A stretch of DNA of 64,000 nt from the human T2T-CHM13v2.0 reference genome, Homo sapiens (GCF_009914755.1 NC_060930.1), one strand, 5' to 3'. Shown: positions 40,991 to 56,604, numbered from the stretch's first letter. The notes: a model not told the origin generated them from the letters alone. A program made the numbers and translations.

Positions 40991-41947
40991 GGTTGTATTC
41001 AGTAATAAAACAAACAGAGAAGTGCTACATGGCCTACTTGAGGTCAATAGTATAATTCTGATGAATAATAAAGAAAATAGAGATTATGTAATGTTTTTGT
41101 CTTCTCTAACAAGAAAAATTCTCTCTTGAAAGGGAATTTTAAAAGAGAAAGTTGCATGATCTCTTTTTTCAGACAAACCATATTGAATTTATCCTCTATT
41201 TCAACTCCAAAAATTTCCCTTCTCAAATGTGATGCTGCCAAATCCTCTCCTATCTTTATTTCTGATGGTAGTATTTGCAACCAAGTTTAGAATCTTACAT
41301 TTAATCAGTGAATCTCTAAAATAATATTTTCTAGATTTTTAAGGTTAATATTAAAATCCCAAATGTATTGTTATGAACTCTGCATCCTCATGTTTTTAGA
41401 AAAACATGACATTTTGCCTCTTTCTCTCCTCTAGCACTTCCTGCAGTTGTTTATATTTCCATTGTTGTTACTCAGCCTCATTTAAGGCCTTCTACATTAT
41501 GTTTTCCACTAAGATGAATGAACCACTTCAAGGGGGAATAAACTTGCCATCAATGGACATGATTAAACATAGGCAAGACCATCTCTTAAGAATTCTCTTT
41601 CACAAAACAATTTACTTTGTTATAAAAGACAGAAGGAAAAATCTATTTTATTATCAGAATTATACCATTAACACCTAGCAACTATTATTTCTTCATTTGT
41701 TCCATTGTTAACATGAGAAATTAAAGTCTTTTGATGTTCTCATTTTTTTCTTTGCCTCAGTTTCTGAACTCTAGTACAGGTCTTGCTGACCTAAGATGTT
41801 TTGGGAGATGTGAAAAAGGATGAATGCTGAGTTTGAAATGCTGCTCAATATAAGGCAGAAGTTGTCCAAGAAGCCAAACAGGATGTAAACTTCCAGATTG
41901 TATAGATATTACCGGATAATTGCATTTGCCTTTACCTACTATAATAT

Positions 41948-41984
41948 GCCTTAGCTTCCCAAAGTGCTAGGATTACTGGCGTGA
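41948..41984 (-). mobile_element. Isolated 37-bp Alu 5'-end fragment
   Basis: gccttagcttcccaaagtgctaggattactggcgtga. Confidence 0.8.
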
Positions 41985-42195
41985 TGTATTTACTGTCGAC
42001 AGAACTCCAATAAAGAACTACCAGGAGGGATTCCAAGAAAAAGGAAAATCACACCAAAGAGAAGTATAAGACAAAAAAGGAAATGAAGAACAAAATAGTT
42101 GGTAAATGTGTAGAAAATTCTCATTAAACACTGTTTGGATTAAGAATAAAAAGGCAAAACAATATGTAATGTGTGGAATTAAAAATGACAGAACA

Positions 42196-42663
<468 letters not shown>

Positions 42664-43949
42664 TTAAAAATAAAAATATGTATAATAGACTATGTTCGGA
42701 ACTGAAATCACAGGCATGAAAGACAATGATTCCACAGGAAGAGAACAACAGGGAACACAGTGTGAAAAGACTGAGTACCAGGAAGTAGTATCACAAGAAC
42801 ACAAAGTTGTAACCATCTAGGCCAAGTTGGATTAGGGAGAGCTTTCAGGAGGAAATGATATCAGAGCTGAATTTTAAAATATGAACAAGAATTATCTAGA
42901 CCTAGTAAGAAGATATGTGCTGATGCACAGATGTGAAGGAGGCTCTGGCAAGTGTGGGAAACTGAAAGTGAGTTCTCAGAGTTGAGTGGAGACTATATGT
43001 TCTGGAGTAAAGCATAATGTATGTTGAACTCAGTTTCTATTTTATTCAAAGGAATATTTTAAAACACATACATACACACACACAACAGGAAATCCCTAGT
43101 TGTTGGAGAATTTCAAGAAATACAATGATTTACTGTTTTAGAAAAATTATTGTGACAATGAAATGGAGAGTGGGCTGGAGGGGCAAATGCCAGAACAAAG
43201 GCAATTACAAAAGGATACAAAGAGAGGGAATTACAGGATCGATACAGAGTCAACCCAATCTGGTCATAGTTTTGGAGGTAGAAAGGTAGTTTCTTCACTT
43301 GGATGACAGGTTACATGATTGTCGCAGAAAGGGAAGTATGAGGAAAATAGAACATATTTGAGGAGAAGTTTCCCATAAAGCATCCAATAAGGTATCTGAA
43401 ACAGCCATCACAGGAACCTCTCCTCTTTACCTATATTTTAAAGCTCATTCCAGATACTACTCCTGGGAAAAAAGTTTTCTCTCCTTGCACTTACTGTATT
43501 ATTCATATATTGTTATAAAGTTCGTAACTAATTTACTTTACTCAATGACACTGCAGAAACAATCACATTTACTTTCCACAGAACTAAAGTAGACCTGAGA
43601 CCTTAATAAGTACTCAACAAATATTGAGTAAATTAATTAATGCCTGAATGCCTGCCCCCCACCACCCCATGTTTACTAGGACTAAAGACTATAATACGGC
43701 CAGGTAGTTCCTCTTTTGAGAGAGCTGCTAAAAGTATCTCTTAGGCTTACTTCAAAGAAAGAAGGAAACATAATTAACTGTTTTAAGCATTGAGTAGAAG
43801 CAATAACCTTTATCAATCTCTCTCTTCCAGGTTACAATGTTGAAGTCACAAGATCAGAGAGAAACAATACTTTTAACAAGAGTTAATGTTTATTAAGCAC
43901 CCACTGTGTACCAACACAATACCAAGTGCATTATTTGTGTAATCTCATT

Positions 43950-45280
43950 TCATTCATTCAATAAATATTAGTTGAATGGTCTGTGCAATATTCTAGGATT
44001 CAGGGATATAACAGTGAACAAAAACATATTTTCTGCCCTCATGGATATGGTGGCTTTAGGGAATATGAACAGTGAAAAAGGTAAACAGAAAAAAACTAAG
44101 TTCAGAATGTAAACTATCATAAAGGAAATAAGCTGGAAGACATAACAGAAGAGCTTGGAGGCAGAAGGCACAGGTTAGGTTGAAAGGTCTCTTTGAGAAG
44201 ATAACATTTAGGCTAAAACCTGGATAAGAAGGATCCAGCCATATGATGGTCTAGAAAATTAACCACCTTGAGCAAAAGGAGAGGCAAGTGACAATATCCT
44301 GAGGCAAGAAATGGTCTCGTTTGTCTGAGAAAAAGAAAGAAAATGAGTGAAGCTGGAGTTTGATTAGCTGGGAGGAGATATGAAAGACCTGGGTTAATAA
44401 AGATTAGAAATGCCAGCCATGGAATGCCTAGTAGAGCATTATGAGGAAGTCAATGTTACTGAATTAGCAAAGGAAAGCCACTGAAATGTTTGTTTAAGCA
44501 AGAGAGTTACGTATGGTTGGAAGTACATGTCCTGGCTGCAGGGTGGAAAACAAATTTGGAGAGAAATTCAAGAGTGGACATAAAGGAAATAATTGGAAGA
44601 CTCTCCCCTGAGGTGTGGAAAAGATGAAGAAAAGTAGATGGATGACTGAAGACAATGTGGAGGCAGAACATGCAAATCTTGCTGGTCAATTGGTCAATTG
44701 GGCATGGGTAATGAAAAGAAGACAAGTATCAGGGGTAAAACCTAGGTTTCTGGTTGAGCAACTGAAAGTATAAATGTTGTCACTAATAGAGAAGAGAGGG
44801 AAAGAATTAAGTAGAGGGAATCAAGACAACTGTTTTGAGCAAGTAAAGCAAAATATACATCTAATTTTGAATAAGTAAAGTGATATATACATCTAAGTTA
44901 TGTATCAACTCAGCAGTTGTATTTATTAATCTGAAGCCAAGGCAGGAGACAAACATTTGTAATTTATTGAGAAATAGAAGTTAATTAAAGAAATGAGGAT
45001 GATGAGGATGGTTTAGATTACCAAAAGATAAAATATTAGAAAGAAGATAAAAGGGAGCAGAGGAAGAGGGAGAGATGAGGAGAACAGAGGGAGAAGGAAA
45101 AAGAGGAGAAACCAATTTAGCTTCAGAACATATTAACACTAGAATTTGGAAAGAAATAGAGAGGCAAGGGCTAAATAAAGGGGAAGACAATTAGGAGAGT
45201 AGTTTATACTCAAAGCGAAGGAAATAACGTGTTTCAAGAAGGATGAAGTTTGCCAAATGCCTTTGAGAGATTGAGTAATA
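43950..45280 (-). mobile_element. L2a-like fragment nested in a MIR (MIR halves ~43880-43949 and ~45308-45420)
   Basis: 'tcattcattcaataaatatt...ctgccctcatgga'; MIR antisense stops at 'aatctcatt' and resumes at 'tcataatatccctgagg'. Confidence 0.7.
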
Positions 45281-45589
45281 GAAGAATAAAGAAACACATA
45301 AAATAAATTTTCATAATATCCCTGAGGTAATTATTACTGTATCTTAAAGTTGAAAAGCAAGAATCTTAGAAAGTTGTCACTTAGAAAGCAAGGTCTGGGA
45401 ACATAATTCTAATTGAGACTATCTGATCATGGACAAGAAGCTTCACATAAAGAGGCAGCAACTGAAAAAGAGTACATAGAAGGTATAATCTGGGAGAGAC
45501 AGCACCCTAAAGAAGTGATAAGAGATAGGATTCAGAATGACAAATTATGATTCAGGGGAATGAAACATTGCTCATTGTATTTCAATGTG

Positions 45590-46245
45590 AATGATTCATT
45601 CATTCACCAGAAACTTTGAGTGTCCCCACCGTGCCCATACACTGCTCTCAGCTCCAGACTGCTCTTAGCTCCATGATTCTGCCCTCAGCGTACTTATCTT
45701 ATAGAGAGGGAAGCTAACAATAAACAAGCAAACAAGTAAATAATATTATAGTTTTAGACAGTAACTAATGTTGTGAAGAAAAATAAGTCAATGGAAGCAA
45801 AAAGACTATGTGAAGAAGCAAGCATTTTTCAATGGGGTGGTCAGGAAAAGCCCCCTTAGGACCACGCTGAAAATATTTGAGCAGAGACTTAAATGAAGTA
45901 AGAGTAAGCCCTGTGTTGATCTAAAGGCAGATCCATCAGCAAGTGTAAGGGCCAGGAATGGGCTGAACTTTGTTCTGTTTGGCAGCAGAGCCAGGCCAGA
46001 GGGGCTAGAGAAGAGTGAATGAGAAGGAGTGGTCAGGAAACAAGTTTTGGCCTAATAGGCCATGGCAAGGAGTTTTCATTATACTCTAACTATGATCTCT
46101 TAGAGGAATTTTGAACACATAGGGGATTTGGTCTGACTTATATTTTCAAAAGTTCATTCTACCTGCTATGTGAGAAATAAATAAGCTCTGGGAACAAAAA
46201 TGGAGGCAGGAAGACCAGTTAGTAATCTACAGCAGTTGCCCATAG
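45590..46245 (-). mobile_element. L2a-like fragment
   Basis: 'attcattcattca...ggggtggtcaggaaa...tttgagcagagact...ggaggcaggaagaccagttag'. Confidence 0.8.
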
Positions 46246-46420
46246 ATTTAATACAGCTTTTCAGACATAATCCAAACCTTTAAATTATCGTAAGTCCTCA
46301 TTATGCTGAGGCTCAAACTGCTCCTGACATGTGAATGACATGTGTTGATTAAGAAAAGTGCAATTTGAATGAGATGGTCTTGCCACCAACAACATAAGCA
46401 TTTGAAACATAATTAACCGC

Positions 46421-46784
46421 TGTTATGTGCTAAAGGTTTGTGTCCCCTCAAAATTCATATATTAAAATACTAACACCCAATGTGATGGTATTAGGAGGTT
46501 AGGCCTTTTAGATATAATTAGGTCATGAGGTGGAGTTCTCATTAATAAAATTAATGCCTTTAGCTTAAAAAAAAAAAAAAAAAAAGGAAGAAACACAGGA
46601 TCTCTTTCCACCCTGTAAGGATACAATGAGACAACAACCACCTGCAAACCAGGAAAACAGCCCTCACCAGAACTCACTATGCTGGCATCCTGGCTTCAGA
46701 TTTCCCAGTCTCCAGAGAAAAAAAATGTCTGTTAAGTCAACTATCTGTAATATTCTGTTATAGCAGCCTGGACTAACTAAAACA
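46421..46784 (+). mobile_element. MLT1A-type MaLR solo LTR
   Basis: 'gtttgtgtcccctcaaaattcata...ccctcaccagaac...ttatagcagcc...actaaaaca'. Confidence 0.9.
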
Positions 46785-48178
46785 ACTCCTATGGTTTTAA
46801 GGGCATTTATCCAGACAGAAGCTGTGTGGTTCCACTTTATATTTTCAGAAAATCTAGTAGAGTAAATGTTTTTTTCTGTTCTTGGAGATACTTTAAAATA
46901 TTTCGTAAGTTATTAGCATCATTTACATGGATGCTAGGATATAGCATCACTTACATGTATTAAGGAGAAAAGATAAATATTATGAATCATTTAAATATTT
47001 CATATAATGATTGCATTTCAGTGTTAAAAGAGAATATAAGTATTAAAATATGGAATAAGCAAACATATGTTATAGAATAACCCAGTGAAAATCAAATGAA
47101 TTTTAAAAACTAGACTGTCTTAAGTTTCTTGCTATTATTTTTCTAGGTAAGCATATCAACCTACAAGAACAGTAGAGAAAAAAATTGCTAGACACAGTAT
47201 AAATAAGTTTCCTTATAAAATGTTAGAAAATGCTTTTGTGTCGGTGTGCCTAGGACTAAGAAATTTCAAAACTCCAGTTAACACTAATCCTATCCTACCT
47301 GGAATTCTATTTTATCCTTAGGGATTCTGAGTAACATTTTAGTAAAGAGGATTACTTCTAAATCAGGCTATAATCATGTATTTGATACAACAATGTTTTT
47401 CGAGTTTTTACCATTGTTGTCTGCCTTGAGCTAAGTGAAAATAATTTCAAAAGATTGAAATGAGCTTAAAGGAATATCATAGATTATTTTTAATGTCCTT
47501 TCCATCATGGAGGATGGGTTCAGAGATGGAGAGGAATTAAATCCTTGTAGGCTTCACGTCTTAATGATTCTGGAGGGAGAAAACAAAAGTTGTTGAGAAA
47601 AGCCTGAGGCAACAGCTGCCCATTTTCTGGGGAGTATAGAATCCAGGCCATACAGTTAAGTAAAAATTGAATAGTGCTCAAAGGGCTCGAGGCATATTCT
47701 GTTAAACATTTTTCCAGACTTTACAATTATTTATCAACTTGGGAGATAGGACCTGAATTTAATCCTATTCCCAAAATACACTTAGCTTTCTTATATTTCA
47801 ATCACAGGTCTGAGGAGTGCTTCATACTCAGTCAGGGGACAGAGTCAGAGCACACTAATTCAGACAAGGGATAGAGCCACTTTGAATTGGGGGAATTGGA
47901 ATTCAGAGTATTTTCAATCAAAGTGATCTTAATATTTCCAGATACAGCAAAGACCTGAAATTAAGCTATATTTTAGAAGTTCTTGGGTAATTGTGATTTA
48001 ATCAAGAAAATATCTGTATTGACATCACTTTGTGAAAAAATGTACTTTAAAAATGTTCAAAAACCATAGAAAGTTGTTTGCATGTCTAAAGCAATTTAAA
48101 TATACCCTGAACAATCTTTTTCTATAGAATTAATTTAGAAAGTTGGTATTCTGGGGTTTTGTTTCTTTAATAAAAACA

Positions 48179-48553
48179 TTTTATTTTTTAACTTTTACTT
48201 TAGATTCAGGAAGCACATGTACAAGATTGTTACAAAGGTATATTGTGTGATGTTGAGGTTTGGAGTATGATTGAAACTGTCGCCCAGGTAGTGGGCATAC
48301 TACCAATAGGTAGTTATTGAACCTTTGCCTCCCTCCCTTCCTCCTTTTTTTGGAATCCCTGGTGTATATTGTTCCCTTCCTTGTGTCCATGTGTACCCAA
48401 TACTTAGCTCCCACTTGGAAGTGAGAACATTCAGTACTTGGTTTCCTCTTTATTAGTTAATGTAGGATAACAGCCTCCAGCTGCATCTATGTTACTGCAA
48501 AGGACATGATTTCATTCTATTTTATGGCTGTCTAGTACTTCATGTTGTATATT
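48179..48553 (-). mobile_element. L1PA16/17-type 3' end
   Basis: 'ggtatattgtgtgatgttgaggtttgg...cccaggtagtg...gcaaaggacatgatttc'. Confidence 0.9.
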
Positions 48554-48700
48554 TTGTATTTTAATCATTTGTAGTGTAATGAGGTAATAACTACCTGCCG
48601 CCTTGGGAGTCATGTGGGTCACTAAAGTATTTAACATTCTGAACCTCAGTGTTTTACATCTGAAAACAGAAATAAATCGTAATGCGTTATATATATAGCC

Positions 48701-48788
48701 AGAAAGTGAGACAGCGAGACAGCGAGAGAGCCAGACAGCAAGAGAGCCAGACAGCAAGAGAGCCAGACAGCAAGACAGCGAGACAGCA
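48701..48788. repeat. Octamer tandem array (AGASAGCV) with 16-bp higher-order unit
   Basis: 11 units; (agagagcc agacagca)x3 in the middle. Confidence 0.92.
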
Positions 48789-49062
48789 TCTTGTTCTGTT
48801 GCCCAGGTTGGAGTGTAGTGGCCTAATCACAGCCCACTGCAGCCTTGAATTCCTGAGCTCAAGTGATCCTCCCCTCTCAGCCTCCTGAGTAGCCAGGACT
48901 ACAAATGCACGCCACCATACCCAGCTTGTTTTTTTTTTATTTTACTAGAGGTGAGGTCTTGCTATGTTGCCCAGGCTGGTCTTGAATTCCTGGGTTTAAG
49001 CAATTCTCCCACCTCAGCCTCCCAAAGTCCTGGTATTACAGGCATGAGCCACCCACCTGACC
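48781..49062 (-). mobile_element. AluJ
   Basis: 'ctgcagccttgaattcctgagctcaag', 'ggtcttgctatgttgcccagg'. Confidence 0.93.
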
Positions 49063-50333
49063 TAATTTATAAAATTTAAATAAAATAAGGTTAAACAGAG
49101 CATAATTCTTAGTGTTATAGAGAGTAAAGATGAGTTCCTCTGTCCTGTCCAATCACTGAAATAACATAAACCTACAGAAGTACAATATCTCAGTTTTCTG
49201 CTGTCAAAGACTATCATGCCTAATAGTGTTAGGATGTGGTTTGGACTAAAGTCAGACTGCATATAAAGTCCTTGGCCTAGTACTCAAGAGATGGTGATTG
49301 CTAGTATAATTTCCTGGACTTCCTTATTACTTATGGCCCAAAATGTTTTAAAAACCATTTGATTCATCAATTTTATCACAATTCTTAAAGCCCGCCTTAT
49401 ATTAGAGTTATGTACTCCTATTCATGGATATAAAGACAAATAGGTCACAACCTTTGCAGCATTAACTCTGACAGTTTGTTAGAACCAAGAGCAAAAGATG
49501 TTACAATGGTCTCTGACCTTAAAACCCCAAATCGGGAAGAGTAGCTATTTAATTATAATAAAATACAAAGAAATACCATTAAAGAATGATATGAATATGG
49601 CTTTAGAGGTGCAGAGCAAGAAATGAATAATTACCTTGGCAGAAAAAAAAACCTTCAGACATTGAAGGCAAGGCTCACTACAATATTCACTAGAATAAAC
49701 TTTTGCATTCCTCCCTATGACTGAAATAGCATGATCACTTTTCAAAAATTAAACGTAAAATTAAAACAAAGTTAAGATGAGATAATTTGTTTCTTTTGGA
49801 GATGTAAAGAAAATAGCGACGGAATTTTTAAGTGTATATCACGTCGACAAACAAGAAAACATCTGACATTCAGGGATTTTAAGCATCCCTAAACAAACTT
49901 CCATTCAAATTACCAAAATATATAGAAATGGAGAAGTCGGCAAAGAGGAATAAGAACATGCCCAGATTTGACAAGCATCTGATGTGCTATTGTTGCAATA
50001 AGGTCTCATAAACAATTTCATCTGTATCATTCAGTAAGTTCTACTGCAGTTATCTAGGCAGAAAGGCTGCTGGGGAAGAAGCAGAGATATTTCAGTGTTA
50101 CATTCTGTTCCTGCAATTATCTTGCCATAGCGAAGGTCCTGGTTTTGAGCGGGGGTGATAGAAGGAAAACTAGTAGGAGTTAACATTAAAAGTATAAGGG
50201 AGGGATAACTTTTAACAAAAACAACTTTCAAATAATAAGAAACTGATTTAAGTACCTTATTAAACCAAATATCCTTTGTAAGGTAAAAGAACTTGGGCTC
50301 AGTTCTGATAAGTATAGATATTCAAGTGATCTA

Positions 50334-51468
<1,135 letters not shown>

Positions 51469-51919
51469 TCAAGTGATCTAATACAAAGGGTGGAAGCCAG
51501 CAGCAAGGAAGAGAAAAGGAGAGTGAGAAAGGAAAACTCACTCTGGTTTAAAGCAGGACTTCAGGTGGTAGTCACAGTTGAAGAACCCACGTGGGGACAA
51601 AAATAACAGAGCTCAGCTTATACAGGGAAAGAAAGAGTTGGCAAGGGTTGGCAAATTTCTCAGGCTTAAACAAGTGGTATGTTCTTTAGTAGAAATCTTG
51701 GCCTTAGACTGCTCATGACAGTTTCAAATTTTATTCACAATTTTTATGTAATGAGAGAATTGCTGACCACTGTTACAGTTTAGAGTCCTCCCTACAGAGC
51801 TTCTCGTTTCTGATCTCATTAGCTCCCCCACCCCTATTTGTGCTAATGATATCCTGGAGCATCACAGGTAGCTGGGTCATAAATGGAGAGTGGGAAAGAT
51901 AAACATCCTTGTTAGAATT

Positions 51920-52430
51920 GAAGAAAAAGTAAATGTGGGGAAATGTGGTGTATGGGGTATATAAAAAAAGTTGATGCCAGCAAGGTAAAGGTAAAGGAGG
52001 GTATGGTTAACAAGGGCCTTAAATGCCACCCCAAATTTGGATTTTAATTGTTCTGTAGACGATGGTGAGCTACTGGAAGTACTTCAGGTAAGGAGCAATG
52101 TTTCAGTCAGGCATTTTAAAAGCATAATGGTGGAGGGTATTTTGAAGAAGTAAGCTTTTAAGACAAGGATGCTAGTTAAGAGACTATAATAACAAAACAA
52201 ATAACAATGATGAACTAAGACTAGATAGCAATAATGGAATGGAGAAAGAAAGGGTAAGAAAAGTTGGGGAGAGAGAGCCCTTAAATGTGGGGATGATGGA
52301 CAGGGAGAAAGCGACAATGATGGATGCTTCTAATCCAGGCACATTTGAAGCTAGTGATGCCATCCATCCAGGAAAAGGAAAGGATGTTGGAGGAAAAAAG
52401 ATAATGAATTTGGTTTGAGGCATGCTGAGG
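51920..52430 (-). mobile_element. L2 fragment
   Basis: 'gggccttaaatgcca...ttggattttaatt...gagctactggaag...ataatgaatttggtttg'. Confidence 0.6.
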
Positions 52431-53029
52431 ATGGAGTAGCAATATAAATATTAATGTATAAAGCCTTACTTTTTAAGGCCATTTTATATTCTCATCAAGC
52501 ATATGACTAAAGGAAATCTTGCCTTTTTGAGACTCAAAAATTAGATAGTGATTTCTCACATTACAAGAAACTCCATCCTGTATAAAGTAATTCTACTAGA
52601 TTCTTTCAATCAGAGCTTTGCCCAGTGCATCAAAATCATGATTGGATTTTTAATATTTATGTACAGAGATAAACAACAAGGGATTATTTGGTGATAGAAT
52701 AATGTAAATGCAAAGAAAAATTTTCTAGAGGAGAGATAAGGAGAGACAGAGAAATGGGAAGGCAAAGGCAAGCAGAAAGGCAGAGAAAATCACAAGGGGA
52801 AAAGAACATGAATCTGAGGGAAAGTGTATCCAGCAAAGGAAGAGCTGGAGGGTGAAGCTGGGAAGCTTTGCAGAATGGTGGGGAACCAGAATTAAGGACA
52901 GAAAATAAATACTCTTATGTTAAATATTGTACAGAGTATCTCTCAGAATCCAATAGTCAAGTTAGCCAGGTGTGTATTTGAGGGTTGCAGGAAAGGCCCT
53001 CCTTAAAGAAGGAACTCTGAACCAGCTTT

Positions 53030-53215
53030 GCAATCTCTTAAGCCCTGAATTCTGCCTCTTATTAACACTGTGATCTAGACAAGTTGTTTGACCTCAGCCT
53101 CAGCATCTGTGTCTGTGGAATACAGATAAAATGTAAATGATTGATATGGAAATTAAATGAGATAATGTAGTGTGGTGCCTGGCACATAGAAAGCATTCAA
53201 TAAATTATTATTAAC
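53030..53215 (+). mobile_element. MIR
   Basis: 'attaaatgagataatg...gtgcctggcacatag...caataaat'. Confidence 0.8.
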
Positions 53216-53579
53216 AATAAAAAACATATATGGGTTCCAAGCAATTTTATATTCCACATTAGGTATTAATTCATTGTTCTTTCCAGCAGTCTTTTATTAA
53301 AATGAAAGTCCACTTTGGGAAGAATAAGCTATTCCACATAAATAAAAATGTGACATAGCATACTTCATTGTAGGTTGAAGTCTTTAAACAGCACCCATCT
53401 TCCAAGCAACAGAAGCAATTTAGGGTAGCACAGTTACAAGATAGCACATGGATACTTTTTAAAAACTGCAAAAGAAAGGGAAAAATTCCATTTTAGAATT
53501 TGGAATGTTCTGTCCTGGCTTCAAATATAGAAGAATTATATGATCCTGGCTTTTTCTTAATAAAGTAATTGTGTGTAAG

Positions 53580-53710
53580 AACCATTATATTCAAAAGATA
53601 CCTGCACTCATATGTTTATCATAGCACTTTTCACAATAGCAAAGTCATAGAATCAACATAAGTGTCCATCATTGGATGACTGGATAAAGAAAATGTATAT
53701 ATATATATTT

Positions 53711-53758
<48 letters not shown>

Positions 53759-54110
53759 CATGGTGGAATACTACTCATCTATAAAAAAGAATGAAATTAT
53801 GTCTTTTGCAGCAACATGGATGGAACTGGAGGCCATCATCTTCAGTGAACTCAGAAACAGAAAATCAGATACTGCATGTTCTCACTTACAAATGAAAGCT
53901 AAGTAATGTGTACACATGGACAGAGAGAGTAGAATAATGGACACTGGAGACTTGGAAAGGTGGGAGGGTGGGAGGGGGATGAAAAATTACCTAATGGGTA
54001 CAAAATGCACTATTTGGATGATGTTTACACTAAGAGCCCAGACTTCACTATGCAATATATCCATGTAACAAAATTGTACTTGTACCCCCCTAAATCTATA
54101 AAACTAAAGA
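53580..54110 (+). mobile_element. L1PB4-like 3' end with internal (TA)n(TG)n microsatellite (53696-53757)
   Basis: 'gcaacatggatggaactggaggcc...aaattacctaatgggtac...agcccagacttcac'. Confidence 0.9.
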
Positions 54111-54528
54111 CATTTTTAAATTTTAAGAAAAGATTTCAAAGGAAGTGTTAAACATGAGACAACCCAGTATAAAGGGAAGAGATTAAAAATTTAGCAAGAT
54201 GCACCAAAAAAAAAAAAAAGTAAAGGATGTGAGTTTGAAATAAAAATGTGACAGAGCACTAAGGGTACTCACTGGTGAGCAAACAGATGTTGGAGATGAG
54301 TTAGAATGAGTCCCCAGTAACTAAAGAAAAAGACTGAGTCTAGGCACTGTGGGACACAGAAACAAAGGAATCGAGATTACAGGGAGGGTAGCATTTAGTG
54401 AAGAAATTATCCAAACTACAGTAAAAAGGGATACCTATTGGATTTCTGATCTAATATATATTGGTGTGTTTAGATTTCTTATACAGCATACTTATCGCCA
54501 AATATTGAGACATCCAATTCTGTAAACG

Positions 54529-55440
54529 GTTTTTTTTTAATTTTTATTTTACTTTTACGTTCAGGGGTACATGTGCAGGATGTGCAGGTTTTTACATAGG
54601 TAAATGTGTGTCATGGGGGTTGGTTGCACGAATTATTTCATCACCCAGGTATTAAGCCTAATGCCCATTAGTTATATTCCCTGCTTCTCTCCCTCCTCCC
54701 ACTCTCTACCCTCCAATAGGGCCCTAGTGTGTGTTGTCCCCTTGTGTCCCTGTGTTGTCATCATTTAGCTGTCACTTATAAGTGAGAACATGCGGTATTT
54801 GGTTTTCTGTTCCTGTGTTAGTTTGCTAAGGATAATGGCCTCTCCAGCTCCATCCATGTCCCTGCAAAGGACATGATCTTGTTTTTGTGGCTACATAGTA
54901 TTCCATGGTCCATATGAACTATATTTTCTTTATGCAGTCTATCACTGATGGGCATTTAGGTTAAGTACATGTCTTTGCAATTGGGAATGGTGCTTCGGTG
55001 AACATATGTGTGCATGTGTCTTTACATAATAGAACGGTTTATATTCCTTTGGTTATATACCCAGTAATAAGATTGCTGGATCAAATGGTATTTCTATCTT
55101 TAGGTCTTTGAAGAATCACCATACTGTCTTCCACAATGGTTGAACTAATTTACACTCCGACCGACAGTGTAAAAGGATTCCTTTGTCTCCACAACCTAGC
55201 CAGCATCTGTTGTTTCTTGACTTTTTAATAACAGGCATTCCAACTGGCATGAGATGGTATCTCAATGTGGTTTTGATTTGCATTTCTCTAATGATCAGTG
55301 ATGCTGATCTTTTTTTCATGTGCTTGTTGGTCACATATATGTCTTCTTTTGAGAAGTGTCTGTTCATGTCCTTTGTCCACTTTTTGATGGGGTTTTTTTT
55401 CTTGTGAATTTCAGTTACTTGTAGATTCTGGATATTACAC
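54529..55440 (-). mobile_element. L1PA10/11-type 3' end
   Basis: 'gtgcaggatgtgcagg...cacccaggtattaagcct'; ORF2 C-terminal remnant 55116-55367. Confidence 0.92.
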
Positions 55441-55489
55441 TCCTAAACTAAGTTCTACCTTGTAATTTTTAAGTTAACACATATTTATA

Positions 55490-55981
55490 AGGAGAAAGTT
55501 GTTGAAATTAGTCTCTCATCCAATCAAAGCTATAAATATGGCTGGTAGAACAAGGGGTTCCATTGGTCAGTGTCTGTGAGTTGGATGAGTTGTGATTGTT
55601 TAATATTGTTTATCTAGAGGCCAGTGTTTGTTTGGCTGATAGAGAAAGAAAAATCTGCGGGGTTAGAACATAGTTTATTTTTCAAGTGTAGGGATATGTG
55701 ACTTAATCCTTGTCTGGCATGGCATTAGGTCTTGTTTATACTTTGATATCTTCTTGTCATAAAGAGTCTACTCTGTCAGTCTTACAATCTCTATTTTAAC
55801 ATTAATGCTGGTCAGTTGTTGTGTTTAGACTGAAAAAGGGAGAAGGGTGTATAATGAAGAGTGTCTGGGCTCCCATTCTATCATAGCTGAGAACTCAGTT
55901 AAGTATATTGGGGGGGTCTCCTTGGCTAAGAGGGTGTTTCTTTAGTTGATGGGGAGCTTAGAATTTTATTTCTAGTTTACA
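55490..55981 (-). mobile_element. MER39-type ERV1 LTR, 5' (U3) part only
   Basis: Reverse complement begins TGTAAACTAGAAATAAAATTCTAAG; homologous to 56605 onward. Confidence 0.85.
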
Positions 55982-56570
55982 TTTCCCCCACTTTGGGCCA
56001 AGATTTGCCGCAGGCTGCATCTATGGCCAAACTTTCATTTTGTCCCATATTGTTGGGGTAGCATGGCTACCTGCCTGGGGTCTATCCTGTCCCTTGGTGG
56101 GATCGCTGTGGCCAAGGGACTTAATAGAGTCAAAAGATTTATAGTCAATAAAATGTTTTAGTCCAGATGGAAATGGAAGTAGGCAGGTACTCACTTATTC
56201 CTAAAATCCTTTAAGTAATACAAGAGCCAAAACCAAAAGCAAGATTATAAAATTGACTTATGTATAAGTTTTATGTGTTGAGTCATCAGCTGTTTAGGTA
56301 TTTGCATACCCATCTTTGATTTGGAGGGTCTGAACTAATTTTCTGTCTTGAAACTGGCCCTTATAATCTTATATGCCCACCTTTTTGTGATAGTCTCTGG
56401 ACATAGAGGTAAGTTGCTCAACATAGTTTAGATTTAGTAGTGTGCTGGCAATGGAAAATAGATTGGCCTAGTGGGATTAAATAGTTTTTAAATTTTGGAC
56501 ATAGTATTAAGTAGAGAAAGAAAAGTAATATTTGTTGTTTCATTCAATTTTTGTAAGCTATAGTTTTAAA
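55982..56570 (-). mobile_element. ERV1 (MER4-group) internal 3' segment with polypurine tract
   Basis: 'tttccccca' (TGGGGGAAA on minus) abuts the LTR start. Confidence 0.65.
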
Positions 56571-56604
56571 TTAAACTGACAAAATAGCTTGTTTAATACA
56601 TTTA

